A DNA stretch of 64,000 bases from assembly GCA_964557435.1 (NCBI GenBank), contig CAZLAM010000018.1, positions 23,021 to 87,020 on the forward strand, written 5' to 3'. Shown piece after piece: positions 1-8,475 of this stretch (position 1 is its first letter; each line of letters starts with the position of its first letter). A program made the translations under genes and the position numbers. Source of the stretch: an uncultured Eubacteriales bacterium (GTDB lineage Bacteria > Acidobacteriota > Aminicenantia > Aminicenantales > UBA4085). A model generated the notes under the pieces. It did not search any database, had not been told where the DNA came from, and saw nothing but the letters and a program-made list of their open reading frames with translations.

Positions 1-423
1 CAATACTTCAACCAGGGGAAACTGGACAAAGCCCGGCAGCTTCTCGAAGCGGCTTACCGGACCGACCCCAATTCCCAGCCGTTCGCCCTGGACTTCGCCC
101 GCCTCCTCATACAAGCCAAGGATTTCCCCGCCGTAAAGACGGTAGCCGCTCCGTTCCTCAAGGACGAGCGGAAATGGGATTTTCTGCAGATCGCGGGCCA
201 GGCCAGTCAGGCCTTGGGCGAACTCCTTCCCGCCATCAACCATTACAAGGACTATCTGGCCCACTTCGGGACGAACATCCTCGTCCTGAACGCCATCGGC
301 GAATGCTGGTTGGGCCTGGGCAACCCGGCCGAAACGCGGATCGCCTGGGAAAAATCCCTCGAACTCAACGCCAAACAGCCCGAGCTGCGGGAGCGGTTGA
401 ACGCCATCAAGGATAAGAAATGA
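1..423 (+). CDS. TPR-repeat protein, C-terminal fragment (5' end outside window)
   Basis: Frame 1 is open from the window edge to TGA 421-423. The sequence is helical-repeat/TPR-like (AINHYKDYLAHFGTNILVLNAIGECWLGLGNPAETRIAWEKSLELN). The stop overlaps the next start (ATGA at 420-423). Confidence 0.7.
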   Translation, partial: QYFNQGKLDKARQLLEAAYRTDPNSQPFALDFARLLIQAKDFPAVKTVAAPFLKDERKWDFLQIAGQASQALGELLPAINHYKDYLAHFGTNILVLNAIGECWLGLGNPAETRIAWEKSLELNAKQPELRERLNAIKDKK

Positions 424-1325
424 AAAAAACTCCGCGGGTGCTTTTCGCCCTGGCCCTGCTTTTCATCGCGGCCTGCGCCACGGCCCGGCTGGAAAAGTCG
501 CTTGATCCCGACAGCCGCGATTTCTTGTCTAAAGTCCGTTACCTGATCACCAAGGGCGAGCGCCGGGCGTTCATCAACCTGCCCGCGGAGGAGCGCAAGG
601 CGTTCACGGTGGAGTTCTGGAAAAAACGCGATCCCGACCCGTTGACGGAAGAAAACGAATTCAAGGACGAGTATTTCCAGCGGATCGAGGACGCCAATCA
701 TCTGTTCAACGAAGGCCGGGGAAGCGAACCCGGCTGGCTCCAGGACCGCGGACGGATCTATATCCTCCTCGGCTCGCCCGACAACCGCGATCAGTATCCG
801 CGCGGGATGTCGTTCTACGACATCCCTACGGAAATCTGGTACTATGGGTTTTTTCCCATCGTTTTCCGCGATCCCACCTGGACGGGCAACTACCGGCTCG
901 AACCGGACAGCGCGATCCAGCTGGTGGAAATCATGAAAACCCAGCTTTTCCTGAAACCCCAGGTCGCCGCGGAAAAAGGCTTTCTGGAATGCCGCACGGA
1001 AGTCGTCTCGCCGGAAAAAGGGAAAGCCGTCCTCCGGGTCAAAGTGCCCTACCGGCGGATCTGGTTCAAGGAGGAAAACTCGACTCTCAAGGCCACCTTG
1101 ACCCTGACCTTGACGGCCCTGGACGCCAAGGAAAAACCGGTCTGGGAGTTCTCGGCCGGCTATCCCCTGAGTTTCACCGTCGAGAATCTGGTCAAAACCG
1201 GCCGGAGCGATTACATCATCGAAGCACCTCTTCCCCTGCCGGCCGGAAAATACCTGATCAACTTGACGCTGGTCAACTCCGGCGACGGAGCGAAAATTTT
1301 CAAACGGGTGCCGTTGAATCTTTGA
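420..1325 (+). CDS. GWxTD-domain lipoprotein
   Basis: Signal peptide with a lipobox-like LFIAAC. The block FWKKRDPDP...GSEPGWLQDRGRIYILLGSPD matches the GWxTD-domain signature region. ATGA coupling to the upstream TPR gene. Confidence 0.8.
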   Translation: MKKTPRVLFALALLFIAACATARLEKSLDPDSRDFLSKVRYLITKGERRAFINLPAEERKAFTVEFWKKRDPDPLTEENEFKDEYFQRIEDANHLFNEGRGSEPGWLQDRGRIYILLGSPDNRDQYPRGMSFYDIPTEIWYYGFFPIVFRDPTWTGNYRLEPDSAIQLVEIMKTQLFLKPQVAAEKGFLECRTEVVSPEKGKAVLRVKVPYRRIWFKEENSTLKATLTLTLTALDAKEKPVWEFSAGYPLSFTVENLVKTGRSDYIIEAPLPLPAGKYLINLTLVNSGDGAKIFKRVPLNL

Positions 1326-1572
1326 ACCTGGTTTTTCATTCCCTGTTTGACCTAAAAATGCTACAATGTCCTTTTTCCGGGGATCTTGCCGGGTGAGTCC
1401 TCCTGAGAGAAAGAATCTATACGGGAATGGTCTCGGGTAGACCATCGATCGAAGCGGCAATAGACCCGGAGGCAATAGTACATTTGTTTTTTTTCCAATA
1501 ACTTACAATGGCGGTGATGCATCCGGCCCGGGTTGGCATATTCTTTGCATAAGTACTGATTGGAGGCTGAAC

Positions 1573-2541
1573 ATGAAAAGCAATATGATCAAGCGCAGCG
1601 TAATCCTGGCGGCGGCCGTGCTTTTCGCTGCGGGATTCGTCGCGGCCCAGGCGGGCCGAGGCGTCGGGCGTTTGAACGGCAGCGTGACCGACCTCGACGG
1701 CAATCCGATCGAAGGGGCCAAGGTTCGTATCGTCTTCTCCCAGAATGAAGGCTTGAAGTTCGACACTGTGACCAACAAGAAAGGCGAATGGTCGTTTCTC
1801 GGTTTGGGCACGGGCATGTGGAACATGACCGCCTATGCCAAGAACTACGACCCCGTCACCCAGGGCCTCAACGTCAGCCAGTTGTCCCTGAATCCGAAAG
1901 TCCAGATCAAGCTGAAAAAAACGGAAAAACCGGGCGGCGGACTTATCGAAGATGAGGCGTCTTTCGCCTACCTGGATAAGGGCAATCAGCTGTACCGTGA
2001 ACAGAAATTCGACGAAGCCATCGCCCAGTTCGAATTGTTCATCGAGAAAAATCCCCAGGCCTATCAGGTCCGGATTTCGATCGGCGATTGCCATCGCGAA
2101 AAAGGCGATTTCGAGAAAGCCACCGCGATCTATAACGAACTCATCGAGCGCTCCAAGACCGACGCCGCTCTGGGCAAGGATATGATGGCCAAAGCGCTGG
2201 CCGGCCTGGGCAACATTATGATCAAACAGAACAAAATCGCCGAAGCCCAGGATTACTTCAAGCAATCCATCGAGAATTCGCCCAAGGACGAGATTCTGGC
2301 CTACAACGTCGGCGAAATCTACTTCTCCAACCAGGGTCTGGACGAGGCGCTGAAGTACTTTGAACTGGCGTCTAAAATCAAGCCCGAATGGGCCGATCCC
2401 TGCTTCAAGCTGGGCATGGTTTATCTCAACAAGGCCGATAATGCCAACGCCATCACCAAGTTCGAAAAATTCCTGGCTCTGGAACCGGACGGGGAACGGG
2501 CCGCTCTCGCCCGCAACATCCTCAACACCATCAAAAAGTAA
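1573..2541 (+). CDS. Secreted CarboxypepD_reg-like beta-sandwich + TPR repeat protein
   Basis: GGAGG RBS lies 6 nt upstream, followed by a signal peptide. The N-terminal GSVTDLDGNPIEGAKVRIV...NKKGEWSFLGLGTGMWNMTAYAKNYDP is typical of carboxypeptidase-regulatory-like domains. The rest is TPR repeats. Confidence 0.75.
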   Translation: MKSNMIKRSVILAAAVLFAAGFVAAQAGRGVGRLNGSVTDLDGNPIEGAKVRIVFSQNEGLKFDTVTNKKGEWSFLGLGTGMWNMTAYAKNYDPVTQGLNVSQLSLNPKVQIKLKKTEKPGGGLIEDEASFAYLDKGNQLYREQKFDEAIAQFELFIEKNPQAYQVRISIGDCHREKGDFEKATAIYNELIERSKTDAALGKDMMAKALAGLGNIMIKQNKIAEAQDYFKQSIENSPKDEILAYNVGEIYFSNQGLDEALKYFELASKIKPEWADPCFKLGMVYLNKADNANAITKFEKFLALEPDGERAALARNILNTIKK

Positions 2542-2617
2542 CGTCCCCCTCATTCCCCCCGTTCCGCCCGGCCCGCCGGACGGAGCGGGGGGATTACCAT
2601 TTTTAGAAAGGTATCCG

Positions 2618-4864
2618 ATGTCTTCAAAAAAACGTTCCCGCCATCGCCGGCATCCATCTCCTCCGCGCGGCCAACAGGCCGAGCCATTGTCCGCCAAGTC
2701 CGTCCCGGTTTCCCCGGCGGCGACATCGGCCGGGAAAAAAAAGGCCCGCGGTCGCTGGATGCCCTTCGCGGCCGGCGGCATGGTCCTCTGCGCAGCCGGA
2801 GCTCTGTACTTCGTCTTTCGACCCAAGCCGGTTCCCATCCTGCGCGACAGCCGGATGAACGTCGTCCTCGTCACCCTGGATACGACACGGGCCGATCGGC
2901 TCGGTTGTTACGGCTATGGGGCCGGTAAGACCCCCAACTTGGACACCCTGGCCCAAGGCGGGGTCCGTTTCGCCAACGCCTACTGCCAGGTTCCCCTGAC
3001 CCTGCCCTCTCATGCTTCGATCATGACCGGTCTCAATCCATACACGCACGGCGTTCACAACAACGGCGCCTACGCCCTGAGCGCGAACTCGACGACCTTG
3101 GCCGAGGTGCTCAAGGGGAAGGGCTATCAGACCGCCGCTTTCACCGCGTCCTTCTCGGTCGATTCGCGGTTTGGACTCGGCCGGGGATTCGACGTCTATG
3201 ACGATAACTTTCAGTCGGATTCGCCGTTCAAGTCAGTCAATGCCGAGCGCAAGGCCGAGGAAGTCTTCAAGGTTTTCGAATCCTGGTTCGACAAGAACGC
3301 GGCCTCGGACACGCCGTTCTTTGTCTGGCTCCACTTCTTCGACCCCCATCTCCCGTACAACCCGCCTTCGCCCCTCCGCGAGCAATTCGGCGACCGCCTC
3401 TATGACGGCGAAGTGGCTTACATGGATGCCATCTTCGGCCTGGTCATGCGCAAGCTCATGGCCAAGAACCTGATGGGACGGACTCTCGTCGTCGCCGCCG
3501 GCGACCACGGCGAATCGTTCGGGGAGAAAGGCGAATCCGGCCACGGCGTGTTCCTTTATGAACAGGCCGTCCATGTCCCGCTGATTTTTCAGAGCGAAGG
3601 CCGCCTCCCCGCCGGCCTCGTCGTCCCGTCCCGGGTGCGGCTCATCGACGTGATGCCGACCATTCTCGACCTCCTCGACACGCCGCCGCCCGACCAAATT
3701 CAGGGCGAAAGTCTCGTCCCTTACATCCAGAAGAAAAAGAAAGCCGACCTGGATAACTACCTGGAGACTTTCTATCCGCGGGAAAACTTCGGCTGGGCCG
3801 CCCTGACCGGGCTGCAGAGCGACCAATGGAAATACATCCATGCGCCCAAGCCCGAGCTCTACGATATTCCGGCCGATCCCGGGGAAAACCGCAATGTCGC
3901 TTCCGGGAACCGGGCCGCCGCCGCCCTGAAATCGCGCCTGGACGCGCTGGTCCGCAGCGCCGGCGGAGCGCCCTCGGCCGGACGAACCATGACCGAGGCC
4001 GAAAAAACCCGCCTGCGCTCGTTGGGCTATGTCGATTATGCCGATCCGAAGACGCGGGCCGAGGCCGCTGATCCCAAAGACAAGATCGGCGAACTGAAGA
4101 TGATCCAGGATGCCGAGAAATTCGAATACGAAGGGAACTTCGCGGCGGCCGCCGAACTCCACGCCAAGATGCTGGACCTGCGGCCGGACACCGCCGGGAG
4201 CTATGTCAACCTGGCCCTGGCCCTGGCCCGCCAGAAGAAATTCGACGCGGCCATCGCCACCCTGCGCCAAGGCCTGGAACGCCTTCCCGGCTCCGAGCTG
4301 CTCCTGACGCGGCTGGGCTATACCTATCTCGTCACGGGCAAGCCCGACCTCGCCCTCGCCGTCATGCAGGATGTTCTTAAGAGCAATCCGCTATCCATGG
4401 ACGCCTTGACCTCGGTTTCCATGATCCTGGAGAACTTCGGCCGGAGAGACGAGGCCCGCGGCATCTTCGAGCGCGCCCTGGCCGTCGAGCCCGAAAACAA
4501 GTTCATGCGGGCCGGATACGCGGGCAACCTGGTCGCGTCGGGACGGCCGGCCGAGGCCATAACGGTCTATACGAAACTCGTCCGGGATTTTCCCCGGGAC
4601 ACCGCCTTATACCGGATGCTCGGCATCGCTTACGGATCGAGCGGCGACTTCGACAAAGCCATCGAGAATTTCAAGCAGATCACTTATATCGCCCCGAATC
4701 CCGATGCCTATTTCAACCTGGCCCTGGCCTATGTGCAGAAGGGCGAGTTCGCCGAAGCCGCGGCGTATTTCGAGCGGTATCTGGACGACGTCAAGGGCGA
4801 ACCCGAGCCCAAGGTGCGGCGGGCGCGGATGGAGCTTGAGCGGGTCAAAGCCCGGATGCGTTGA
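2618..4864 (+). CDS. Membrane-anchored sulfatase-fold (alkaline phosphatase superfamily) protein with C-terminal TPR domain; non-canonical active-site motif
   Basis: Start set to ATG 2618 (GAAAGG RBS) because the ORF-track start 2360 overlaps the upstream gene. Basic N-tail plus TM helix (WMPFAAGGMVLCAAGALYFVF). Sulfatase-fold blocks VVLVTLDTTRADRLG and GDHGESFGEKGESGHG. The active-site region reads PLTLPSHASIMTG. About 270 aa of C-terminal TPR. Confidence 0.8.
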   Translation: MSSKKRSRHRRHPSPPRGQQAEPLSAKSVPVSPAATSAGKKKARGRWMPFAAGGMVLCAAGALYFVFRPKPVPILRDSRMNVVLVTLDTTRADRLGCYGYGAGKTPNLDTLAQGGVRFANAYCQVPLTLPSHASIMTGLNPYTHGVHNNGAYALSANSTTLAEVLKGKGYQTAAFTASFSVDSRFGLGRGFDVYDDNFQSDSPFKSVNAERKAEEVFKVFESWFDKNAASDTPFFVWLHFFDPHLPYNPPSPLREQFGDRLYDGEVAYMDAIFGLVMRKLMAKNLMGRTLVVAAGDHGESFGEKGESGHGVFLYEQAVHVPLIFQSEGRLPAGLVVPSRVRLIDVMPTILDLLDTPPPDQIQGESLVPYIQKKKKADLDNYLETFYPRENFGWAALTGLQSDQWKYIHAPKPELYDIPADPGENRNVASGNRAAAALKSRLDALVRSAGGAPSAGRTMTEAEKTRLRSLGYVDYADPKTRAEAADPKDKIGELKMIQDAEKFEYEGNFAAAAELHAKMLDLRPDTAGSYVNLALALARQKKFDAAIATLRQGLERLPGSELLLTRLGYTYLVTGKPDLALAVMQDVLKSNPLSMDALTSVSMILENFGRRDEARGIFERALAVEPENKFMRAGYAGNLVASGRPAEAITVYTKLVRDFPRDTALYRMLGIAYGSSGDFDKAIENFKQITYIAPNPDAYFNLALAYVQKGEFAEAAAYFERYLDDVKGEPEPKVRRARMELERVKARMR

Positions 4865-4918
4865 AAAAGACGGGGCCGCGTTTAACGGGTTGTTTTTTAT
4901 TTCGTTGGAGCCGGAAAT

Positions 4919-4968
4919 TAAATCCATTCGACTCCCCGGGCTTCAGCCCGGGGAGTCGAATGGATTTA
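4919..4968. terminator. REP-like perfect hairpin (23-bp stem, 4-nt loop TTCA); probable bidirectional terminator between convergent genes
   Basis: Left arm 4919-4941 is the exact reverse complement of right arm 4946-4968 (core AAATCCATTCGACTCCCCGGGC/GCCCGGGGAGTCGAATGGATTT). It overlaps the last 8 codons of the AbiEii-like gene. A T-run (4892-4898) precedes it, downstream of the + strand gene. Confidence 0.6.
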
Positions 4969-5608
4969 TTCTCAATATATCGCTTATTACTTTTTCCATA
5001 TCGGCCTTAAATATTTCATCCGACGGCCTTTTAACCCATTTTACTTTGTCAAAAGTTTTAAGATTAAATTCTTCGATTTTTTCGGCAATAAGAGGCGCGC
5101 TTAAACCGGCGGCTTTGCTGTCTGCCGCTGTAAACATTTCTTTCCAGTCCACAGGCAGCATTTTTGAAATAATCCATATATCAGCAATATCTTTAGGCTC
5201 TTCCCTGTCGTTAAAAGCAGTTATCTTATTGGCCAGTATGTTCATGGGATTGTCTATTCTGGAAAACGGGCCGGAAGGCCTTATTTCTACCGCTCCGTAA
5301 TAAAAAAAAATATCATTTACAAAATCCAGTTTTAATATCCCTTCCACCGTGAGCCGGCAAAAAGACTCATCTCTTTTTTCTATGATTTGTTTTAACCCGT
5401 TGCCGGAAATAGCGTTAATTATCCGTTTAACCCCATCCTGGAATTTCGGGTCATCATTTAAAAAAAAATCAAGGTCATCAGAATATCTGTGATTGAAATG
5501 AAACCGGCTCAGTGCCGTACCGCCGGTGAGGTAAAAAGAAGTGCCAAGGCTGTCAACTATGTCGAGGACTTTATCTTGCAGAGGATACAGTGTATTTTCG
5601 TAGTACAT
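4943..5608 (-). CDS. AbiEii/AbiGii-family nucleotidyltransferase (type IV toxin-antitoxin toxin-like)
   Basis: N-terminal FYLTGGTALSRFHFNHRYSDDLDFF matches the GG-x-AL...R-x-S-x-DLD nucleotidyltransferase signature of DUF1814/AbiEii proteins. AT-rich gene in a GC-rich context. Its start overlaps the upstream small gene by 38 nt. Confidence 0.75.
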   Translation of the reverse strand: MYYENTLYPLQDKVLDIVDSLGTSFYLTGGTALSRFHFNHRYSDDLDFFLNDDPKFQDGVKRIINAISGNGLKQIIEKRDESFCRLTVEGILKLDFVNDIFFYYGAVEIRPSGPFSRIDNPMNILANKITAFNDREEPKDIADIWIISKMLPVDWKEMFTAADSKAAGLSAPLIAEKIEEFNLKTFDKVKWVKRPSDEIFKADMEKVISDILRINPFDSPG

Positions 5609-5861
5609 AATCCATGCCTTTTTTTACATTTTTTAAGCGAAAAGTCTGCCTTATCTCGGGCCATACTTCAGCTATAGTCTTGAGCCCGACGACCTCAAGA
5701 AGATCATAATAATTCAGCCCCTCTATCGCCCGTCTTACCGCCCATTTTCTGTTAAAACTGCCCAATTCCGTCTTACCGCCAAGAATATCCATAAACTCTT
5801 CTTCGGTAAAATTGTAATCCCAGAGCAGTTTTTTTATTGTTTTTTTCTGTGCCTGCGTCAT
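5571..5861 (-). CDS. Small (96 aa) partner protein of the AbiEii-like toxin; putative antitoxin by position
   Basis: Same AT-rich composition, immediately upstream of and overlapping the toxin gene. AAAGGG RBS. I can recognise no helix-turn-helix motif. Confidence 0.55.
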   Translation of the reverse strand: MTQAQKKTIKKLLWDYNFTEEEFMDILGGKTELGSFNRKWAVRRAIEGLNYYDLLEVVGLKTIAEVWPEIRQTFRLKNVKKGMDYVLRKYTVSSAR

Positions 5862-5888
5862 TGTGCGACCCTTTCATTTCTTAGACAA

Positions 5889-5916
5889 ATTATAGCATCC
5901 GGATAATTAAAATCAA
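5889..5916 (-). promoter_or_regulatory. Sigma70-like promoter for the TA cassette
   Basis: On the minus strand: TTGATT (5916-5911), 16-nt spacer, TATAAT (5894-5889), about 28 nt upstream of ATG 5861. Confidence 0.45.
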
Positions 5917-6119
5917 CAGTAATAGTAAAACAGATCTAAACCTTAAGGAAAAACCCGCATTCTCACTCTGCGCGCCATCCACCAACGATTGTTTCTCCCC
6001 CCTCCCGCACTTCAGCCTCTTGGGCCGGGCGAGCCGCCGGCTGTCTGGCGCTATTCCGGCGAAAAGGCCGCGGGCAACTCCGCGCCCGGCGAGCAATTCT
6101 ATAATAATTCCCGAATGTA

Positions 6120-8390
6120 TCAACGCCCCCCGGGCGGCAAATGGGCGTTGAGATACGACGTCAACAGCGTGTAGAGATGCATCGTCGTCCCCCTGCCCTC
6201 CGAGATGCCGTGGGAGCGGTTCGGATACGACATCATCGTGAACGTCTTTCCATTGGCGATGAGTTCGTTGACCAGCATCTCGAAGCCCTGGTAGTGGACG
6301 TTATCGTCGCCTGTTCCATGGACAATGAGGAGATTACCCGTCAAATTTTTGGCGAAAGTTATGGGCGAACCATTTTTGTAGCCCTCCGCGTTGTTCTGGG
6401 GCAGGCCCATGAAGCGTTCCTGATAAATGGTATCGTAGAGCCGCTGGTCGGAGACAAAAGCGACCGCCAGGCCCGTCTTATAAAGTTCCGGATAGCGGAG
6501 GATCGCATTGAGCGTCATCTGCCCCCCGCCGCTCCAGCCCCAACTCCCGACACGGTCGGCATCGACGAAGGGCCAGGCGGCAATGGCCGCCCGGACCGCC
6601 GCAGCCTGGTCGGCCGAAGCCAGGATGCCGATTTGGCGGTAGACGCTCTTGCGCCAGGCCCGGCCGAGCGGTGCGGGCGTGCCGTGGTTGTCAAAGCTGG
6701 CCACGATGTAGCCCTGCTGGGCCAGCATCAGGTGCCACAGATACCCGCTTCCGCCCCAGCCGTCCTGAACGGTCTGGCCGGCGGGCTCGCCGTAGACATA
6801 GACGAAGAGCGGATATTTTTTCTTCGGATCAAATCCGGGCGGAAGGATGCGCCAGGAATCGACCGTGACGCCGCCGCCGATGTCCAGTTTTGTATATTCG
6901 ACTCGGTTCCGGCGGAGGGCTTCGACTTTCGCCCGGAGTTCCTTGTTGGCGGCCAGCGGCCGGACGGTCTCTCCGCCCGGCAGACGGACGAGTTCGGTCA
7001 GGGGCGGCGTATCAAGGCTCGAGTAGCTATGGAACGCCCAGCGGGCCGTGGGTGAGATGTCGTATCGATGGACCCCCGTCTGGGAGGCGGGGCCGACGCG
7101 CTCGGGCTTTCCCCGGCCGTCCATGCGAACGCGATACTCGAAGCGCTTGGTCGCGTCCGCGGGCGAGGCCGTCACGTAGAGCAGTCCGTTCTTTTCATCG
7201 ATGGCGTTGACGCTCATGACGTCGTATTCGCCGGGCGTCATCAGCCGGACTTCCCGGCCGTCCCGTGAGATATAATACGCGTGACGCCAGCCGTCGCGCT
7301 CGCTCAGCCAGAACAGCCCTTTCCCCCCGGCCAGCCAGACGAAGTTTTCCATGTGATCGAGCCAAGCCTCGTCTTTGTCGACAAAAAGCGTCCGGACATC
7401 CCCCGTAGCGGCGTCGCCGATTTGGACCTGGTTTGTGTTCTGCAGTCGGTTGAGCTGCTGGAAGATGACTTCCCTGGAGTTGTCGGCCCAGTCCATGAGG
7501 GCGATATAGAAATCCCGCGGATCGCCGGGAGCCTTCATCCAGACGGGGTACCCGCCCGCCACCGGGACCACGCCCAGCCGGACGGCCGAATTCCGCTGAC
7601 CGGCCTTGGGGTGCTTGAAGGAGATCGTTCGGGGATATACGCCGTCGGTATTGTTGATCATGGTGAAAACGGGGACGCCGTGGGTGTCGAACTGCCAGAA
7701 AGCGAGGCGCAGGCTGTCGGGGCTCCAGCGGAATCCATCGCGGATGCCGAATTCCTCTTCGTTGACCCAGTCCGAGGTGCCGTTGATGATGTCCTCTTCG
7801 CCGTCGTAGGTCAGCTGCCCGACCGTCCCGGCGGCCAGATCCTCGACGTAGATATTGTTCTTCACCACATAGGCGGCCTTGCGGCCGTCGGGCGAGAGTT
7901 TGGCGAACATCAGCGTCGACGGTTCGAAACCCGGGCCGAGCTTGCAGAGCTTGCCCGAAGCCAAATCGTACGTCCAGAAATCGCCCCTCGTGTTCTGCCG
8001 CCAGACGCGGCGGGAATTGGTCATGACGATCAAGACCTTGCCGTCCGGCGACCAGGCGTAGTCCTCGATGGCGATCGGGGCGGACGCGCCCGGAGGTATG
8101 AGTTTGTCGGCCGGCACAAGAATTTCACGTTGGCCGGTCTCGGCGCGATAGAGGACGAGATCGCGGCCGCCCGCCGTCCCGGCGCTCGGCTCCACGGTCG
8201 TATAGGAATCGCCGTCCCGCATCCAGCGGGCCGGGCCGAATCGCTCGGCGGCGAACTCGCGGCCGGCGAAGATCCGGCCGAGCGTCAGGAGACCCGGATC
8301 GGAAGGCTTGTCCTGGGCGCCCAGGAGCCCCGGCCCTCCGAGCCCAACGAAAAACAGAAGCGCTATTCCGATGATCCTGTTTTTTTTCAT
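6120..8390 (-). CDS. S9B-family dipeptidyl-peptidase IV (prolyl dipeptidyl aminopeptidase)
   Basis: AAGGAGAA RBS and signal peptide. DPP-IV-type beta-propeller region followed by an alpha/beta-hydrolase domain with nucleophile motif GWSGGG, then GTGDDNVH and RSHGI. Confidence 0.9.
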   Translation of the reverse strand: MKKNRIIGIALLFFVGLGGPGLLGAQDKPSDPGLLTLGRIFAGREFAAERFGPARWMRDGDSYTTVEPSAGTAGGRDLVLYRAETGQREILVPADKLIPPGASAPIAIEDYAWSPDGKVLIVMTNSRRVWRQNTRGDFWTYDLASGKLCKLGPGFEPSTLMFAKLSPDGRKAAYVVKNNIYVEDLAAGTVGQLTYDGEEDIINGTSDWVNEEEFGIRDGFRWSPDSLRLAFWQFDTHGVPVFTMINNTDGVYPRTISFKHPKAGQRNSAVRLGVVPVAGGYPVWMKAPGDPRDFYIALMDWADNSREVIFQQLNRLQNTNQVQIGDAATGDVRTLFVDKDEAWLDHMENFVWLAGGKGLFWLSERDGWRHAYYISRDGREVRLMTPGEYDVMSVNAIDEKNGLLYVTASPADATKRFEYRVRMDGRGKPERVGPASQTGVHRYDISPTARWAFHSYSSLDTPPLTELVRLPGGETVRPLAANKELRAKVEALRRNRVEYTKLDIGGGVTVDSWRILPPGFDPKKKYPLFVYVYGEPAGQTVQDGWGGSGYLWHLMLAQQGYIVASFDNHGTPAPLGRAWRKSVYRQIGILASADQAAAVRAAIAAWPFVDADRVGSWGWSGGGQMTLNAILRYPELYKTGLAVAFVSDQRLYDTIYQERFMGLPQNNAEGYKNGSPITFAKNLTGNLLIVHGTGDDNVHYQGFEMLVNELIANGKTFTMMSYPNRSHGISEGRGTTMHLYTLLTSYLNAHLPPGGR

Positions 8391-8475
8391 GTTATCGTTC
8401 TCCTTATCAGACTAAAGATATCAAAATTCCGGTCGTTTTTCGAGAATATCCGCAGACGGTTTCCCGGCCTGTTCA

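Noticed and set aside
4911-5914. Imperfect direct repeat CCGGA(T)AATTAAA(A)TC at both ends of the TA cassette, considered as att sites or a target duplication.
   Set aside because: It is not reported as a feature. The repeat is short, gapped and AT-rich, and the right copy overlaps the predicted -35 box, so chance similarity cannot be excluded. It is mentioned only as weak supporting evidence in the TA finding.
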